From: Phoronis australis
Taxonomy: Eukaryota > Animalia > Phoronida
Direction: 5' to 3'
Assembly: GCA_002633005.1 (NCBI GenBank)
Contig: NMRA01000410.1
Location: 24,464-88,463 of the forward strand
DNA: 64,000 nucleotides
Positions 21,720-35,549 of this stretch are shown one piece after another (within the stretch, counting starts at the first letter, position 1; the number at the start of each line of letters is the position of its first letter). The notes beneath the pieces are model-generated. The model searched no databases. It was not told the DNA's origin and saw only the letters and a list, made by a program, of their open reading frames with translations. The position numbers and the translations under genes were made by a program.

Positions 21720-24700
21720 CTGTAAAAAGACAGAAGTCGCTTTATGAGCAAATGGTCAGTGCAAAGATCACACAGCTCTTGGAACTGCTACCCAACATTC
21801 GGCTGCAGGCTTATGTCTGATGGATCTGTAAACAAACAGAAGGCCTCGTGAGCAAATCTAGGGTGCAAAAATTGGAACTGCTACTATACATGAATATGTA
21901 AAAAGACATACCCAGGCTTTTTTGATGCGCAAAAATTGTGCAGTTCTTCGGACTGCTACATTTGGTTGCAGGCTCATGTTGGACAGATCCCTAACCAAGC
22001 AGAATGGAGTGGCAAGTCTCTGAATAAGCTAAGGATGACATTCTGAGGGGTCCCTATTGAAACAGGAGGATTTTCGATTTTCATCAAGGACAGGGATTAT
22101 CCATTCATTAGCGTCATTCCCATGGATTTCCAAATCCCGGATATATCCAATATTTTGTCACACTTAATGGGCAAGGGTTGAGACTATACTACTCTTAATT
22201 GAGTAAACAAACCATGGTATTACTCAGGAATGAAGTTTCCTGGCATTAGTCCAGGCAAATTTGGTAAATTCAGAATACCAGCGTAAATCATGTCCAGATG
22301 AAAAATTTTCCAGTTAAAATTTTAAGGAATAAATAACAAAATTACTTCCACTGAATTTCACATGGGAATGGCACTAATGACCACAGTCAATAGAGCAGTC
22401 CTTGCCACTAGGTATACAATTAATTGTAGACTAAACAGCTGAGCAATATATTCAGGCAGTCAAACAAGTTGATAAATACCAATCAGCACTATGTGTCCAA
22501 GCTACATGCTATTTGATAAATGAAAAGTGCAAAGCCCAAAAAACTTGAAAGAAACACACACAAATGTGTGGCACAGTGCACATCCTCTCAATGCATAAGT
22601 GGTGAATAAATTTGTTGAAAATGAAGATGAGCAATCAAAGACTAGAAAATACACCAAGATACCTTACTTTTTTTCAATATTTGGTACTTGAGGAAGTCTC
22701 GTCCATGAATATAGGCTGACCCTTCAGCAAAGTTTGACTACACAGGAAACTCAATAGCACATGACTAACTAATAAGGGTTGAAAAAATGTAGAAATGTAT
22801 AATCACACTCCATGCCCTGAAACTGCCTTGAGTAGACAGATGGAGTACCACATAAATCACTTACACAGGAAATCAAAACAGGGGCCTGGGGAAATTTAAT
22901 ACAGCAAGCATGTGACTTAGGCCAAATAGGAAAAATTCATCATTGGCTCCGGCAGCCAAGGCACATATGAATTGTGAATATGCTAAAGAGACTGGGAGTC
23001 CTTCATGCATTCAAAATTCAAATTAAAAGAGCAACTCATCATTAACACTCAACTAGACGTTAAATAATCAGAAGTCACCACATGAACTTCTACACATTTT
23101 CTGCAGTGTGCACCAAGGACAAACCCTAGATTCAACTATTTTTAGTACATCATTTTACGCTCCAACTGCACACATATCTACATATATACATTACACACAT
23201 AGGTCTTTGCTGAGGCAAATAAAACATTGGTCTTAAGTTCTCATCAATATGCTAATTGTATAACTAGGTGCTTATGATTAAAACCAGGCAGTTAAACCCT
23301 CTGTGTGGCACCTAAAGCATGATCAAGGACAAAGACCTAGATTGGGATCTCCCTGATGACATCAATTTCTTTATCAATGCAACCAGTGCAGGCATGACTG
23401 TGAATGGCTGGAGCTATCAACATGACAGTAGACTAGCCAAGGAGTTTATTTAGCCATAATGGTGCTAACACATGGTCAAATCAGCTTAATTAAACACATC
23501 AAGCAGAAAACTATCAAACAAATTGGATGACTCTATTACCAGTCATGACCATGAGCTCTGGTGCTGTAAAATGCAGCAACAAACCACAGGAGAGAGGTCA
23601 ACACTCAAGCTAGGTAGGACCTCTATTCTGGGAAGTGTTTATAGAAAGATCTGCAGGGGCAGAAAGCTTCAAGACCTCTTTAAATTAGCAGGCATCACAT
23701 GGCACTGGGTCAGTGAGAGGTTAATGCTACTAATATAACACATGCCACGTTGAAGAAGGAAACAGATTGAATTTATTTTTGAAAGTTTTCTTTCAATGTA
23801 AACTGTGTTAGTTTAGCTAAAGTGACCCAGGCAGGAATTGTGTTTTCATGTGCAGAGGACACTTTCTGTACAGTCCCACTCACGAACTGCTAGAGAAGCT
23901 AGAAGTAAATTTAGTCAAAATCGCTCTTGGTAAATATTAAGCAAAAAACTCAACAACAGGTGTAGAAGTGATGAAAAGATGAGTTAAGAGAGAGTTAAAT
24001 TATTTTGCAGCATAAACTTCGAAGGCTTACAAACTATTTAAAATGAAACACTAACTGGTTAAATTTTAAGGATTTGATGGTCATAAGATAACGAAATACG
24101 CATATTACTGCAAGACTTCAATAAACACGGAAATCAAAGAAAATTATAAAACCTTATTTTTGAGACATAATTCCAGACACATTTCACCAAAGAATGACCA
24201 ACAAACAAGAAGTGCAAGGCAATGCCAACTTTCTCGCAAACAAACAGTATGACTTTTGATCTTTTGTTATGTACAAGCTTCCACAAACAGGTGAAGGAAA
24301 TCTCAAGAAACCATGCACATTTCAAGAAGAAGTAACTATCAAAGTTAATTACCTTCTTCTGCAAAGAACAACTCCTGCGTTGTCGTGTAGTCAGGGGTGA
24401 CTACCAACTGTTCCAGAAGATGCATTCTCATTGAACTAATTTAAACAGTCAGATCTTAAACTGGAAGCAAAATCTTCAAGTGTTTTCCAAACCTGCTAAC
24501 ACATTGCACTTATCAGCTGATCGGTCAGGCAAATGACATCATGTGTATTTCACTTCAGTCTTTATCAGCTGTTGGTTGCAGGGATTTAGTTTAAAGGAGC
24601 AGTCCACTATACAGGGGGAAGGGCAGGATACTGAGAGACTGGCGCCTGGCTTCGATGACATCGCAGTGTGCAAGCAATATAAGGAGGAATAAATTTTGAC

Positions 24701-25978
24701 ATCACAAAACATTTATTTTGGCATTTTTAACATAGAGGGACACACAAAATGCCCACAAAAACAGGATTTGAGATTTTCTCTTAATTTGTTTACTAAGTTA
24801 GCACCAAGCTTGCATGGCACTGCTAACCTCTCAGGTCCAGGGCTGAAACCACAACTTTTAAACAAGAGACCTGACAGGTTGGTACAGTGGCTACATGCTA
24901 TAAAGCTGTAATCAGACCAACTAAACTTAGATGTAGCCCTTTCTATAGTTGTAACTGTTATGTTGACACAACACAACCACAGTTAAATTCGTTGTGTAAC
25001 CTTAATTCGTGGTTTTAGTCCGTGCCTGTCCTCAGTGCTATCGAATTCAGATTCACTCGTTAGCCAGCTAGTGCCTGGCTGTGCCATTATTTCCAACGAG
25101 ATTTGACAGCAGCACCACCTACAGTGTTATAACTTTTGCAATTGCAGTATTCAAAGAGTTACAATAATTAAAACCTTTTGCTAAACCACTCTCACAGAGG
25201 ATTATAACCATGCTACTGCTATACTTTCAAAATTGGTTTTAAAGCGTTAAGACTGAGAATTATAGCCTTTAAATCGTTTTTAAAAGTTTTAACCTCTTTG
25301 GCGTGAACAGGGTGATAGACGATGACAGGCTAGCTTCGCCTAAACATGCCCTCACACCTGAATAACTATCCCAGTAAAACCCCACCACAACAGGTAGATA
25401 ACTGTATTATCTGGTGATAAGCTACACTGAGATGGGGAGCTCCACAGATAGGCACAGTGTCATCCTACATGGGGCTATTCCAATTAAGGTGTAACTCTAT
25501 ATGATTACTTGGGACCCCTGCAGCCTGTAGGAGTGGTGCTTATTAAATGCGTTATCACAGAAATATATTCAATGGTGTACACTGACTGTGCCAATTCAAA
25601 ATTTAAATTAAAATTAAAATTAAAAAATAGGATTTGTAAGTTAAAACATGCATAAATTAATTCATACACTGTGGTTACATCACAAGTCATTGAAAAGTAA
25701 AGAACAGAAAAAGCAAGATGAAAAAATTTGTACAAGTTAATTAAAGCTGCCATACACACATATACACATATACATGTACATATATAAATATATGTAAAAT
25801 AACTTTTGATTTAGACCACATATCATTATATAAAACTTATATCAACTTGTTGCTGAACTCAGATGAGAAATGGTTTCTGGCGGGTATTTGGAAAAAATTA
25901 CATTTCGTTGCTGCTTGAGGGAATGGTCAGCAAATAAAATGAGCATTCGTGGTAGCTCAGAGATTATATCTTATTTGA

Positions 25979-26114
25979 CTACGGAACTCTAGAATTTGAG
26001 AACTATTTCATAAAAGCATTAATTAAGTAATCTAAATCAAAAGTTGCTTTTTGTGGCCAACTCGGCTTAATTAATGCTTTTATGAAATGGTTCTCAAATT
26101 CTAGAGTTCCGTAG
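25979..26114. repeat. Hairpin/short foldback element: about 49-bp arms (1 mismatch), about 38-bp loop
   Basis: ctacggaactctagaatttgagaactatttcataaaagcattaattaag ... cttaattaatgcttttatgaaatggttctcaaattctagagttccgtag. Confidence 0.92.
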
Positions 26115-29100
26115 GAATGTGGCTTTATAACACCTTTAACTGAAGAAGATTCCTCAACCATCCACATGTTCTATGAACTGTCACAAAACCCACTGGAGTA
26201 TAATGTACTATTAATTTGAACTGAACGTCAGGTGACCAAAAGTTATTATACAACAAGTCATAACACAATCTCACAAGGGACTCAAAATTTCTGAGAAGAG
26301 CCCATTATCCAGAGTACCATAACAAGGTGGAGAGCATTTGTTATATAACCTTTAGGTTTTCTGCCTTAATGCATATAATGAAAAAATTAGGGTCACCAGG
26401 ACAGTTGACAGTAGAAATCTTGAGATGACCCAGTGGACACAAGATGCCCAAAGTGTGATTGACTGTTTTCACTAGTTATGAGAACCTCTCATACTCATGG
26501 TAGCCCGGTCACATGAAAGTGACAAATTTCCTCTGGCATGCAAATCCACATCCTATTGTTTAATGCTAATTCAGGTCACCAATTAGCTGTTGGCTGCCAA
26601 TTTGAACCACAGCCAACCTCTTAATGAACTTAGTCACCACAAAAGCTAATAAAAGGCACCTAGATGCTGGTGCTTTGTTTTGAGTTGAACATCAATTCTA
26701 AATAACACCCAGTGAGGAGATCGAGTCAGTCAAATAGCTCTGATCAACACTTAGTGGGGAGAGACAATCCCACTGCAGGGTATATCATCACCTTGGATGG
26801 GTGTTAAGCACTCTCAGGTATCACATCTCGAAGGTGGGCCTGGAGGGCCAGTTATTCTGGCTATGTTGGCTCAGATATGGAATACCTCATTACATCATAT
26901 GGAAGAGGACTCTCCCAAGATGTAGCTATGCTAAGGAACCTTCCAAATGTTCAGTTGGTCACCTAATCATATTTACTGACCATGACAAAATTCTAAGTGA
27001 AAACCCTAAATATCCATTTTACTGAGATGAGTCATGAGCCTATTAATTGCAAGCTGTTTGTGCAAGACCATGAGATGACTGTGATTATAATAGACATGAC
27101 CCACATCAAAGACAGACTCAATTAACCTGGTCCAACAGTTGCCTGGAAAGAACTGGTGGGTAATTAGTGCAGACAATTCAATCTGAAAGATTAGTCCCCT
27201 CTGGGATGACAGACATATTCCTTTATTCATGCAGGTGAAGCAGTCATGAGACAAAATTTTGTAATTCTAGTCTGCATGGCATTACAGACATCTCGGTCTT
27301 ATAAGACCCTTCAGACATTAACTTTTGACACGGCGCAACTGACACGGCGCAAGATGATCGGTGTCAAGCGGCCGTTTACACACACAAACAACTAAGTAAC
27401 GGTGGCAAGGCAGAAGTTGTAAACATGCAGGAATGGGGAGTGCTAATGCGCAAAGATGCAAATTGTGGGAGTCGCAGGTTGTTGTCGTTGTTGTTGTGCT
27501 TTTAATTCAACCCAAGTGTAGTACTTCGTGACATTGAGTTTTGCTTCGATCAGCTGATTAATGCTTTCATTAGTAGGTCTAGGTACATAACCAAACCATT
27601 TGAATTGAACCCCCAGTCTTGACTATTATCTGAGTGTGTGTAATATTCTGACAATTTCCTGACAAAATAAATGGTGGTAATGGCTAGTTAGCACTGAAGA
27701 GCTGGCTGGCAAATCATAGAAACTGCAAGAAAATGATCACATATGTGCGTTTTTTGCAAAAGCGTAACAGAGATGATCCCTTCATTCCCCCTTGCCCAGT
27801 TTCACATTTAGACAAACAGCTAACACAGAACAAGATGATCAGGCCAGCCACTCAGGCTTAAGAGATATGCTACATGTATCTATTGAAGACATTGCTAATG
27901 ATATTAGACTGCCCCAAAGAAAAGGAACTGATATCAGCCTTTCTGATATTATAGATAGTGGTTATTGTACTTATTTACTAAAAAAGTACAATCTACCGTA
28001 TACTGTGCTGTGAAAATAGAAGGAACAATATTTCAATTTTCCCTGAGGCTGAGCTCCTCGCACTTTCATCGTTGAAGAATTCAAACATCTCAGTCCGGCA
28101 GTGAAATTATCGGCTGGTCAGGTCACTCCAGATCTACGCATTTCCAAACGCTCTTATATTTTTTATTTTTATTTTTATTATATTCTTTTAATAAAAAAAT
28201 AATTGCAGGCGGTCGGATACATGTTGTACCAGACGTGCGCAGGCCGCGCAAGTGGGCCCATTGCACTGATCACCTGGAACCATTTTTATGCATTATTAAT
28301 ATATAGTTAAACCCGAGCTCAGGAGCTAGAAACCTGACACAAGGGTTTCGCAGGCTCTTATAATTGCAGGTTGTTTGACTGAAGGGACTCTTGCTCACTG
28401 ACAACCACACAAGTTCACACTTATCTTATCAAATTAACCTCCCTTCCAAAAATGCAGACTTATGAGGCTTGCAGGTGCCATTGTATCTTAAGCCATTGCA
28501 ATTTGTGGTGCAGGTTCATTTACATAAATGTCATAAGAAGTTGATTTACTGTGTAAAAACAAGACAAAGTAACATTTCTATAAAAAATTTCCAAATCCAT
28601 CATTTCTTAATAGCCCTAACTAGAGCCACCATTTATGCAAATTGAAGAAGACAATGTGAATTGTGTTATTATTAATACGAACTACAAACATGAGTAGCAA
28701 TGACCATGACATTATTTGCACAAATAATAATGTGGTTTACTAAGGCAGCTGATAGCATAAATACTTGTGTATACAACCAACATAACAGGACTATACAGTA
28801 ACTGATTTCAAAGATTAGCAGGAAGGTGCAATGAACCCCCTCCTCTTTGCGAATTTGAGTTTGATAAATTTTTAATCCACTCGTTGCTGATATAACAGTC
28901 TCTTGTCTGGCAGGATGGTCATGACAAAATGAAAAAGGAAGCTGTAGAGAAAATGATTTTGTGCAATGTTACGACTAAAATATTACTTTTTGCAAGCTTC
29001 ATATGATGAAAACAACAATTCCTTTGTACCGTACCCTCAAGCCTTCTCAGATGGGCCATGATGTTTTCCTAGAAAAGAACTGTTTTGAGGTTTCAAGTGT

Positions 29101-32100
29101 TTATTTATTCCCATAAATCAAATCATGACGACTGCAAACAATTCAATAAGCAGAGTTCAAATTATTTTGAAATCAATGAATGTTTTCCTGCAAACTTAGA
29201 AATGGACCTTTGAAAATTATGTCTAATGTTTTATTTGAGTCTTGCATGCAAAGTACGGTAATTGATAAATACACTAGTCCCTGAGTGCAGGCATGAAATG
29301 AACACTTAAGTGTTACAACCACTCCCAATTTCAATTAGTTTTAGTCTCCTAAAAATTATGAAATATACAAAGACTCCAGTAGCAAACTACAGTGAGTACA
29401 GTAGTTCAATTTCCACCAATATCCCACTATTCAACACAAATATTAAAAGATGGGTATTTAACTCTACTGAAATGTCTCAGTTCCCAAGCTAGTTATACAA
29501 ATAATTAGACAACACCCGAAATTTAATTTTCCTTAATTTATTATCCAGACTCTAGAGAATATAATATGTCAAATCAACAAGACACAGATAAACTTTATCA
29601 CATATCTTTGTTGCAAGAAAACATCCAATGGTCGTGCTGTTGACCGAAAGATTACCAACACAAAAAGATGGCACAATAATGTTACAGCAATATTTCTTGG
29701 CATCGCACATTAAAAAGATACTACTGTCAGCAGTGTTGACTAACTGATTATGTTCTTGAAGAAAACGCAATACAATGATGCTCTACGGTTATCTAGAGAT
29801 TTAAAGATTATGGTAGCTGTGATAATACAACTCTCAGGATTTACAGATCTTTGTAAAGTCCAGTGAGAAGCATGGGACCATTGGAAAAAGACCTGGGAAA
29901 ATTTTACCACCATATTATAAAAACCTGACAGTATAGCAAAATTTAACAATACATACAGATGTCACTATAACATAGAGAAACGGCATTTAAACCCATACAT
30001 AATTACTAAACTACAACTTTATGCTGTCAAGGCCTTTTAAGGTTAAAATCACAGAAGGACCAACACCTGAAAAAATTACCTTTAGCAATGATGTGCAGAA
30101 CACTTTCACTCATGAACTTTTTAGTAGCTTCAAAGCAATCATTTTCTTTTTGGTATATGAACATTAACACTTTGGGTGAATGCATTTTTCTCATTTACGC
30201 TATCTATAGCAAATAGTAAAAAGTGAGGAGTCCATCTAAAAAATGTCATTAATTGGTTTAATCAAACACTATCACTAACTAAGCATGAAGAAACAAATAA
30301 ACAAACGATAGGGCCTATCAAACTGTAAGCAAATATTCTTAACAGACGCGGAACTCAAAGTCCCAAAAGAGACAGAGAAAGTGACCAACCATGCAGATCC
30401 AAAGGACCTTCAACCCGGCTGTCAAAGTACATCTTGACTGCTTCAGACTGTGGGTGTAGTGTGACTGAAGCACACCTACCAGCCCAATATCTATAGGCCC
30501 TGGAAAGTAAATGACATTATCACTATCTTCCCATTTATCTGTCACATGCATGCTGGTGAATCCTGTCGTGATACCCAGGATGGCAGCCATCTTGCTTTCT
30601 TTCTCCCATCATCTCATGAATTTTCTGTTCTAACTGTCTTAACAGCATTTCTGGTGAAATTTCTCCATGAATTTAGAAATCGCGCAAGCAACTGCAATTA
30701 GGTAATTTTTCATCCAAATGTGTCGAGTACAATAAAATAAAGGAGTTACCTGCCCAGCCTGCCTGAAGAGGGTTCTACTTATCTTGACAAGAGGTGTCTG
30801 TTATCACTAAGTTTCCTGGGAGCCATTGTATTTAGATAGGAAGCTCCCTCTCAAAGTAAACCTCAGTTGCTAGTGAATGCAAAAATCTTTCCTTTAACAG
30901 ATTACATCGAAACACTTAGGAAAACCATCTAGACTTTCAGCAACTCATTCCCGTTATTCATGTAAGGTGCATGCAATAGATAAGTGGAATTGGTGCCAGG
31001 CAGGGGGGCGGGGTTGCAGTTTTGCAAAATTAATAGTAATTCAGAAGAATTTTTAACTAGTGTGATTGGTGATGACAGCTGTTACTGAAACAAAATCAGC
31101 TTTTTGTGTAACTGCCAACAACTGTTAGCACTAATGTACTGGTCAGAAGCATGATAAAATCACGAATGGTTGGTATCAATGAAACTGTTTTTAAAAATCC
31201 AAGACACAAGAGGATCAATGGAGAGAAGTATTTAATTTCACATTTTCATCGCTATTTTGGAGGTGCAAGAGGCCTACAGAGACTAAACAAATTTGAGACA
31301 AAAATGAAATACATACAGATTATATGCTTTTGACAACACAGTGGTTGTGTTACTTAAAGGTGCTAAACACTCCGATAATAATTCTGCTAGTGTTACTGTC
31401 TATTTCAAGTGCGTGTGTACCGGGTACTCAATGATGAGGCAACTTCTTAACACAACACCTCCCCCCATTCACATGACAGAGAACAAATCTTGAGTAAATA
31501 ACTGGAGGGCTGTTGAGACCTGCCAAAATCAGTAGAATCAAGGTGTGATACAACACTTTTTGAGATACTGTGGAATGAAAGGAACACTTGCATGAGAAAT
31601 TCCAATACACAGATAACCGCTAAAAATGAAACATGTCTCGACAAGAAAGGATACAGAATATCCACTTGGGCTAGGCAGCTCTTTTGATTAGAGATGTTGA
31701 ACTTGAACTAGATGGGCTCTTCCAGTACCACGATTATCTAATTTAAGCAAGGGTAAATCCAGATTTGATCCATGAAGCAACAAGAACATGTAGGTGAAAT
31801 AGACTGAAAAATAATTTCATTGGAACTTGTACAGTTGGTGGTTACCGTAATCTGACTGAAATGGAACTTCTTGAAAACCTATTTTTCACAAGGGCTCTGG
31901 CTCATTCTAACATCAGTCCACTTGAAATTGAAACGACTACCAACACCAGAAATATAATGGAAAGTTTTAGTGACGTTTTGATAAAATCAATTATTAGTAA
32001 GATAAATAAAGTCAAAATCTGTGTTCTCTGATTACACAAGATGTTTGCTTGAGATAGGCATGCCAATTAAACAAGATAAAAGCAGCCATTGTCAGTGGTA

Positions 32101-35100
32101 TCTTATCTCCCCAGTGAAAACCTCCATGTCTAAAGATTGTATGTGTATGTAAGAATGTGCACGTGATGTAACCAAAGAAAAAAATCGATGGAATGCAGAA
32201 ATGCAGTCTGACGTAAAACACAATATTACCATAGAATAAAACTTAATTTCCTATTGTGTTATTTTGCACAAAAGTTAATGTCACTGGCAGATGTTGTTTA
32301 TTTTTCTGTTTTTAAAGGTTGACTACAGTGTGGTAAATATTCAAAAAAGTTTACCATTACGAAAGCTACATGAACTATGCTCATCAAGAACTGCCAAATT
32401 TCTTAAAGCTAATTTTCAAAGGAAAATGTGACAGAATTCTCTTTCCCATTTATGCAAAGTGGAATGCCTAACGGGAGAAGAATTACCATAATCCCCCCAT
32501 TTGACATATTTTTTCCGATATTGTGACCTCCAGTAAAATGTTTGTGAACAACAAGTCTTCATTCCTGTGCAAAGTTTTCTAGTCACATGAAATCCAGGCC
32601 ATGATGAGCATATATTTGTTGTCAAGACAACAATTATGTTAAAACATATGATTCCATGCCTCATCTCTGTGTCTCAGTCTGGGGTATGATTAAGATTACC
32701 AAGGTCATGGCCAATCTTAACACTTTATTCCAAACAATAATTGGATAAGGGGCTGCAAAGCAAATAGAAACTTGTGTAATAATAAACACTTCACTTTGCT
32801 TAGAAGCACTTATATTATTTAGATATAGAAGCTTTATTTGTGCCTCTAGTTAAAGTTTGTCACAAACAGTTCAGGGATTACTTAAGAAAAGCATGGCTAT
32901 GGGTCAACTGACCCACACGTGCTCAAGTCACAGGTCAATTTGGAGAACTAAGGGTCGCAGTGGCATTTTTTGTCTTTTTGAAATTCAGTTTCTTTTTGGG
33001 TGGAAGCGTTTTAATAAGTATGATTTCATCTGCAACCTCAGAGCATTACGCAGTGATCAGTGATAGATCAGTACTTCAAAAACCAAACACATAAATTCAT
33101 ACTTGGGATCTCACTATGTATATTAACAATTTGCATAATCATTTCACTAATATTGTTGTTTTGGTCACTGACCGACATTTGTTTTGATCAGCGTTCTGCA
33201 CAGTCGCTGATATTATTAAAGATAAAGGCATGACTGCAACGCAACTTTAATGCTCTTGTAGCTTATAAAAACAAAAATTGAATTTGGCGTTTTACTCCAT
33301 AAGCCTCATTATAGTCTTTACCATGGTAGGATTACATTTCCATTACTATCAAGAACATCAAAAACCATGAACTACGTATGTAAGAAAACGCTTCAAAGTT
33401 CCTTGGGGTTGACCTACTCTAAAATTGTGAATCGAAATTGGTGCAAGCATGCATTACATGGGACTTCATTTGGCACTAACTGAAGATTGGATCAGGCGTG
33501 TTAGTTTTTATATGACAAAGCCTTTTGCGTCCATGAACACTTATATAGTCAAGATACAGGGCACAGTCCCCATAGACTTGTGTAGGGTTTGTTTACTCCT
33601 TCACAATTAGCAAAACTTTTTATCAACTCAACTTCAAAGAACTGAAGTAATCAGTTCTCTTCAGTGTTGTGGCTAATTATCAAGAAGACATCCAAAGGTA
33701 TAATGACCCCGTCCAACTGCAGAACCAAGGATGAACAAGTACAAATACCAATTTTGTTGCTAAGAAAACATAATTATTGATAATCATACTATTCCCCACA
33801 GAGATAAAACGAAGGACACTTAAATTAAAGACTCAAAAATTGTGGATGCTAAACTGAGCTTAAGGCACTTAAAAACAAACTTTTTGAGAAATTGGCCAGA
33901 GAGCTAGACATCCTTGACTTCATGTGTACTGAAGTCAGTCAAATAAACATTAGGCAAATATTACACTAACAGAATTTGCACACAAGTGGACAAAGTGTGC
34001 ATTGTTTACTCCAGAGTATCCGGAATTCCTAGGCACATCAAAGGCTTGATGGTGCCATCATGCATTGAAGTAAGCTTAGGTCACTGATCATGGGCTTGGC
34101 TGAGCGTTTTAGATGAGATAATTGCTATTGCAAACCAACATGCCTGTATAGCACACAAGTTCCAAAGTAAAAAAAAAAAACATCAATAACTAAGGCAAAT
34201 GACCAACATGATTATTTTTAAAATTAAAAAGTAAATAGTAGCCATCTTTGAATTTGCAAAATCGATGCATTAAAAACAGGTTTTCTTCACCATCGCGGAT
34301 AAGCCACAAGCATTAATTTGTGAATCGATTAAGACGAGTTAGTCACAGTCTAGCGCAGGCTCACTAAAGGTGCTAGGGAAACAATTCTAAATGGTAGCGT
34401 AGGAGCTGTCTCGCACACATCAGCGGATTGCGGACATTGTACTGTTGGAAGTAAGGCACCCACCATCTAGACTGGATCATCACCAACAGTAGGTCAGTAG
34501 TGATTAACCTTTTCACACAGCGCATCTTTAAATATATCTGATGCAAACATAACGCGTATTTAATTAACTGGCTACCTGCTAGTGCTAACATGAATGCTTT
34601 CACCGTATTTTGCACAAGAGTATGATCAAATGAGATAACGTTACATCTCACGCGAGTACAATGCACTAAAGCTAACAGAACCATTTGATATGAGCAGTAA
34701 ATTCTCGCACTCATATAAGGCAAGGTTATGCTGAAACCGTCCAGTTATCAATTTTAACTCAACAACAAGCGAGATGCGTATTTTCTGGGAGTTGAAAATC
34801 TGCTGAGATGAACATTCACAAACACACAAGCACTCAAAAGAAAGTATCACTACCGAGTCCTCATATTGAGCGTAGGTAGTTATGGCAAACATGGGTGCTT
34901 AAAAGGGAAAATTTAGACATTTTGGGGATAGGCAGCCGAGCCAAAGAAGAGACTTAATCTGGACAAGATTGGTAACTATAGTGAATAACATTTATTTTTT
35001 GCTTTTGGAAACTTTAGTCTAAGTAGATCATCTTCGAACCAGATAACTGATAATTCAACACTTAGGTGGAAGAATTTACCACCTTTAAACTTTAGCATCT

Positions 35101-35549
35101 TTAAACTTGAACATATCTACAGCATTTTCTTTAGCTGATAAAAACAAGACAATGGACTGACCAAACATTAAAAATACCGAGCTTTTGCAAACTGAATTTT
35201 TGTACCCCGCCTGATTATATCTGAAGGAATAAACATTTAAGTGATAAAAAATAAACAGATCTGAGCACACTATAACCTGTTTAAAGAGGCATGCTGTTCC
35301 AGGTACATAAACTAGTAGTTACTTAGATAAGGCTCTTTACCCTAGTACAACGTGAGGGCACAGACAGACACATTAGAGATAACGCAATTCAAATATCGCA
35401 CTTGCGTTTTGATTTCATCACTTTCTCATGTCATGGTGCATCAAAAGGAAATGCGTTGACACATTTTCTCTTCAGTTTCGCACACAAATGATTGTGCTAA
35501 AATAGCAATTTTCCATTTTTCCATAAGAAATTAATTTGTCAAAATGCTT

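Noticed and set aside
25110-25126. CAGCACCACCTACAGTG as a REST/NRSE site
   Set aside because: The critical GG of the right half-site is missing.
30339-30590. 83-aa - strand ORF (MAAILGITTG...) as an HNF4 first exon
   Set aside because: Only weak donors in the required phase; AAGATGGCTGCCATC is a common repeat/YY1-like string.
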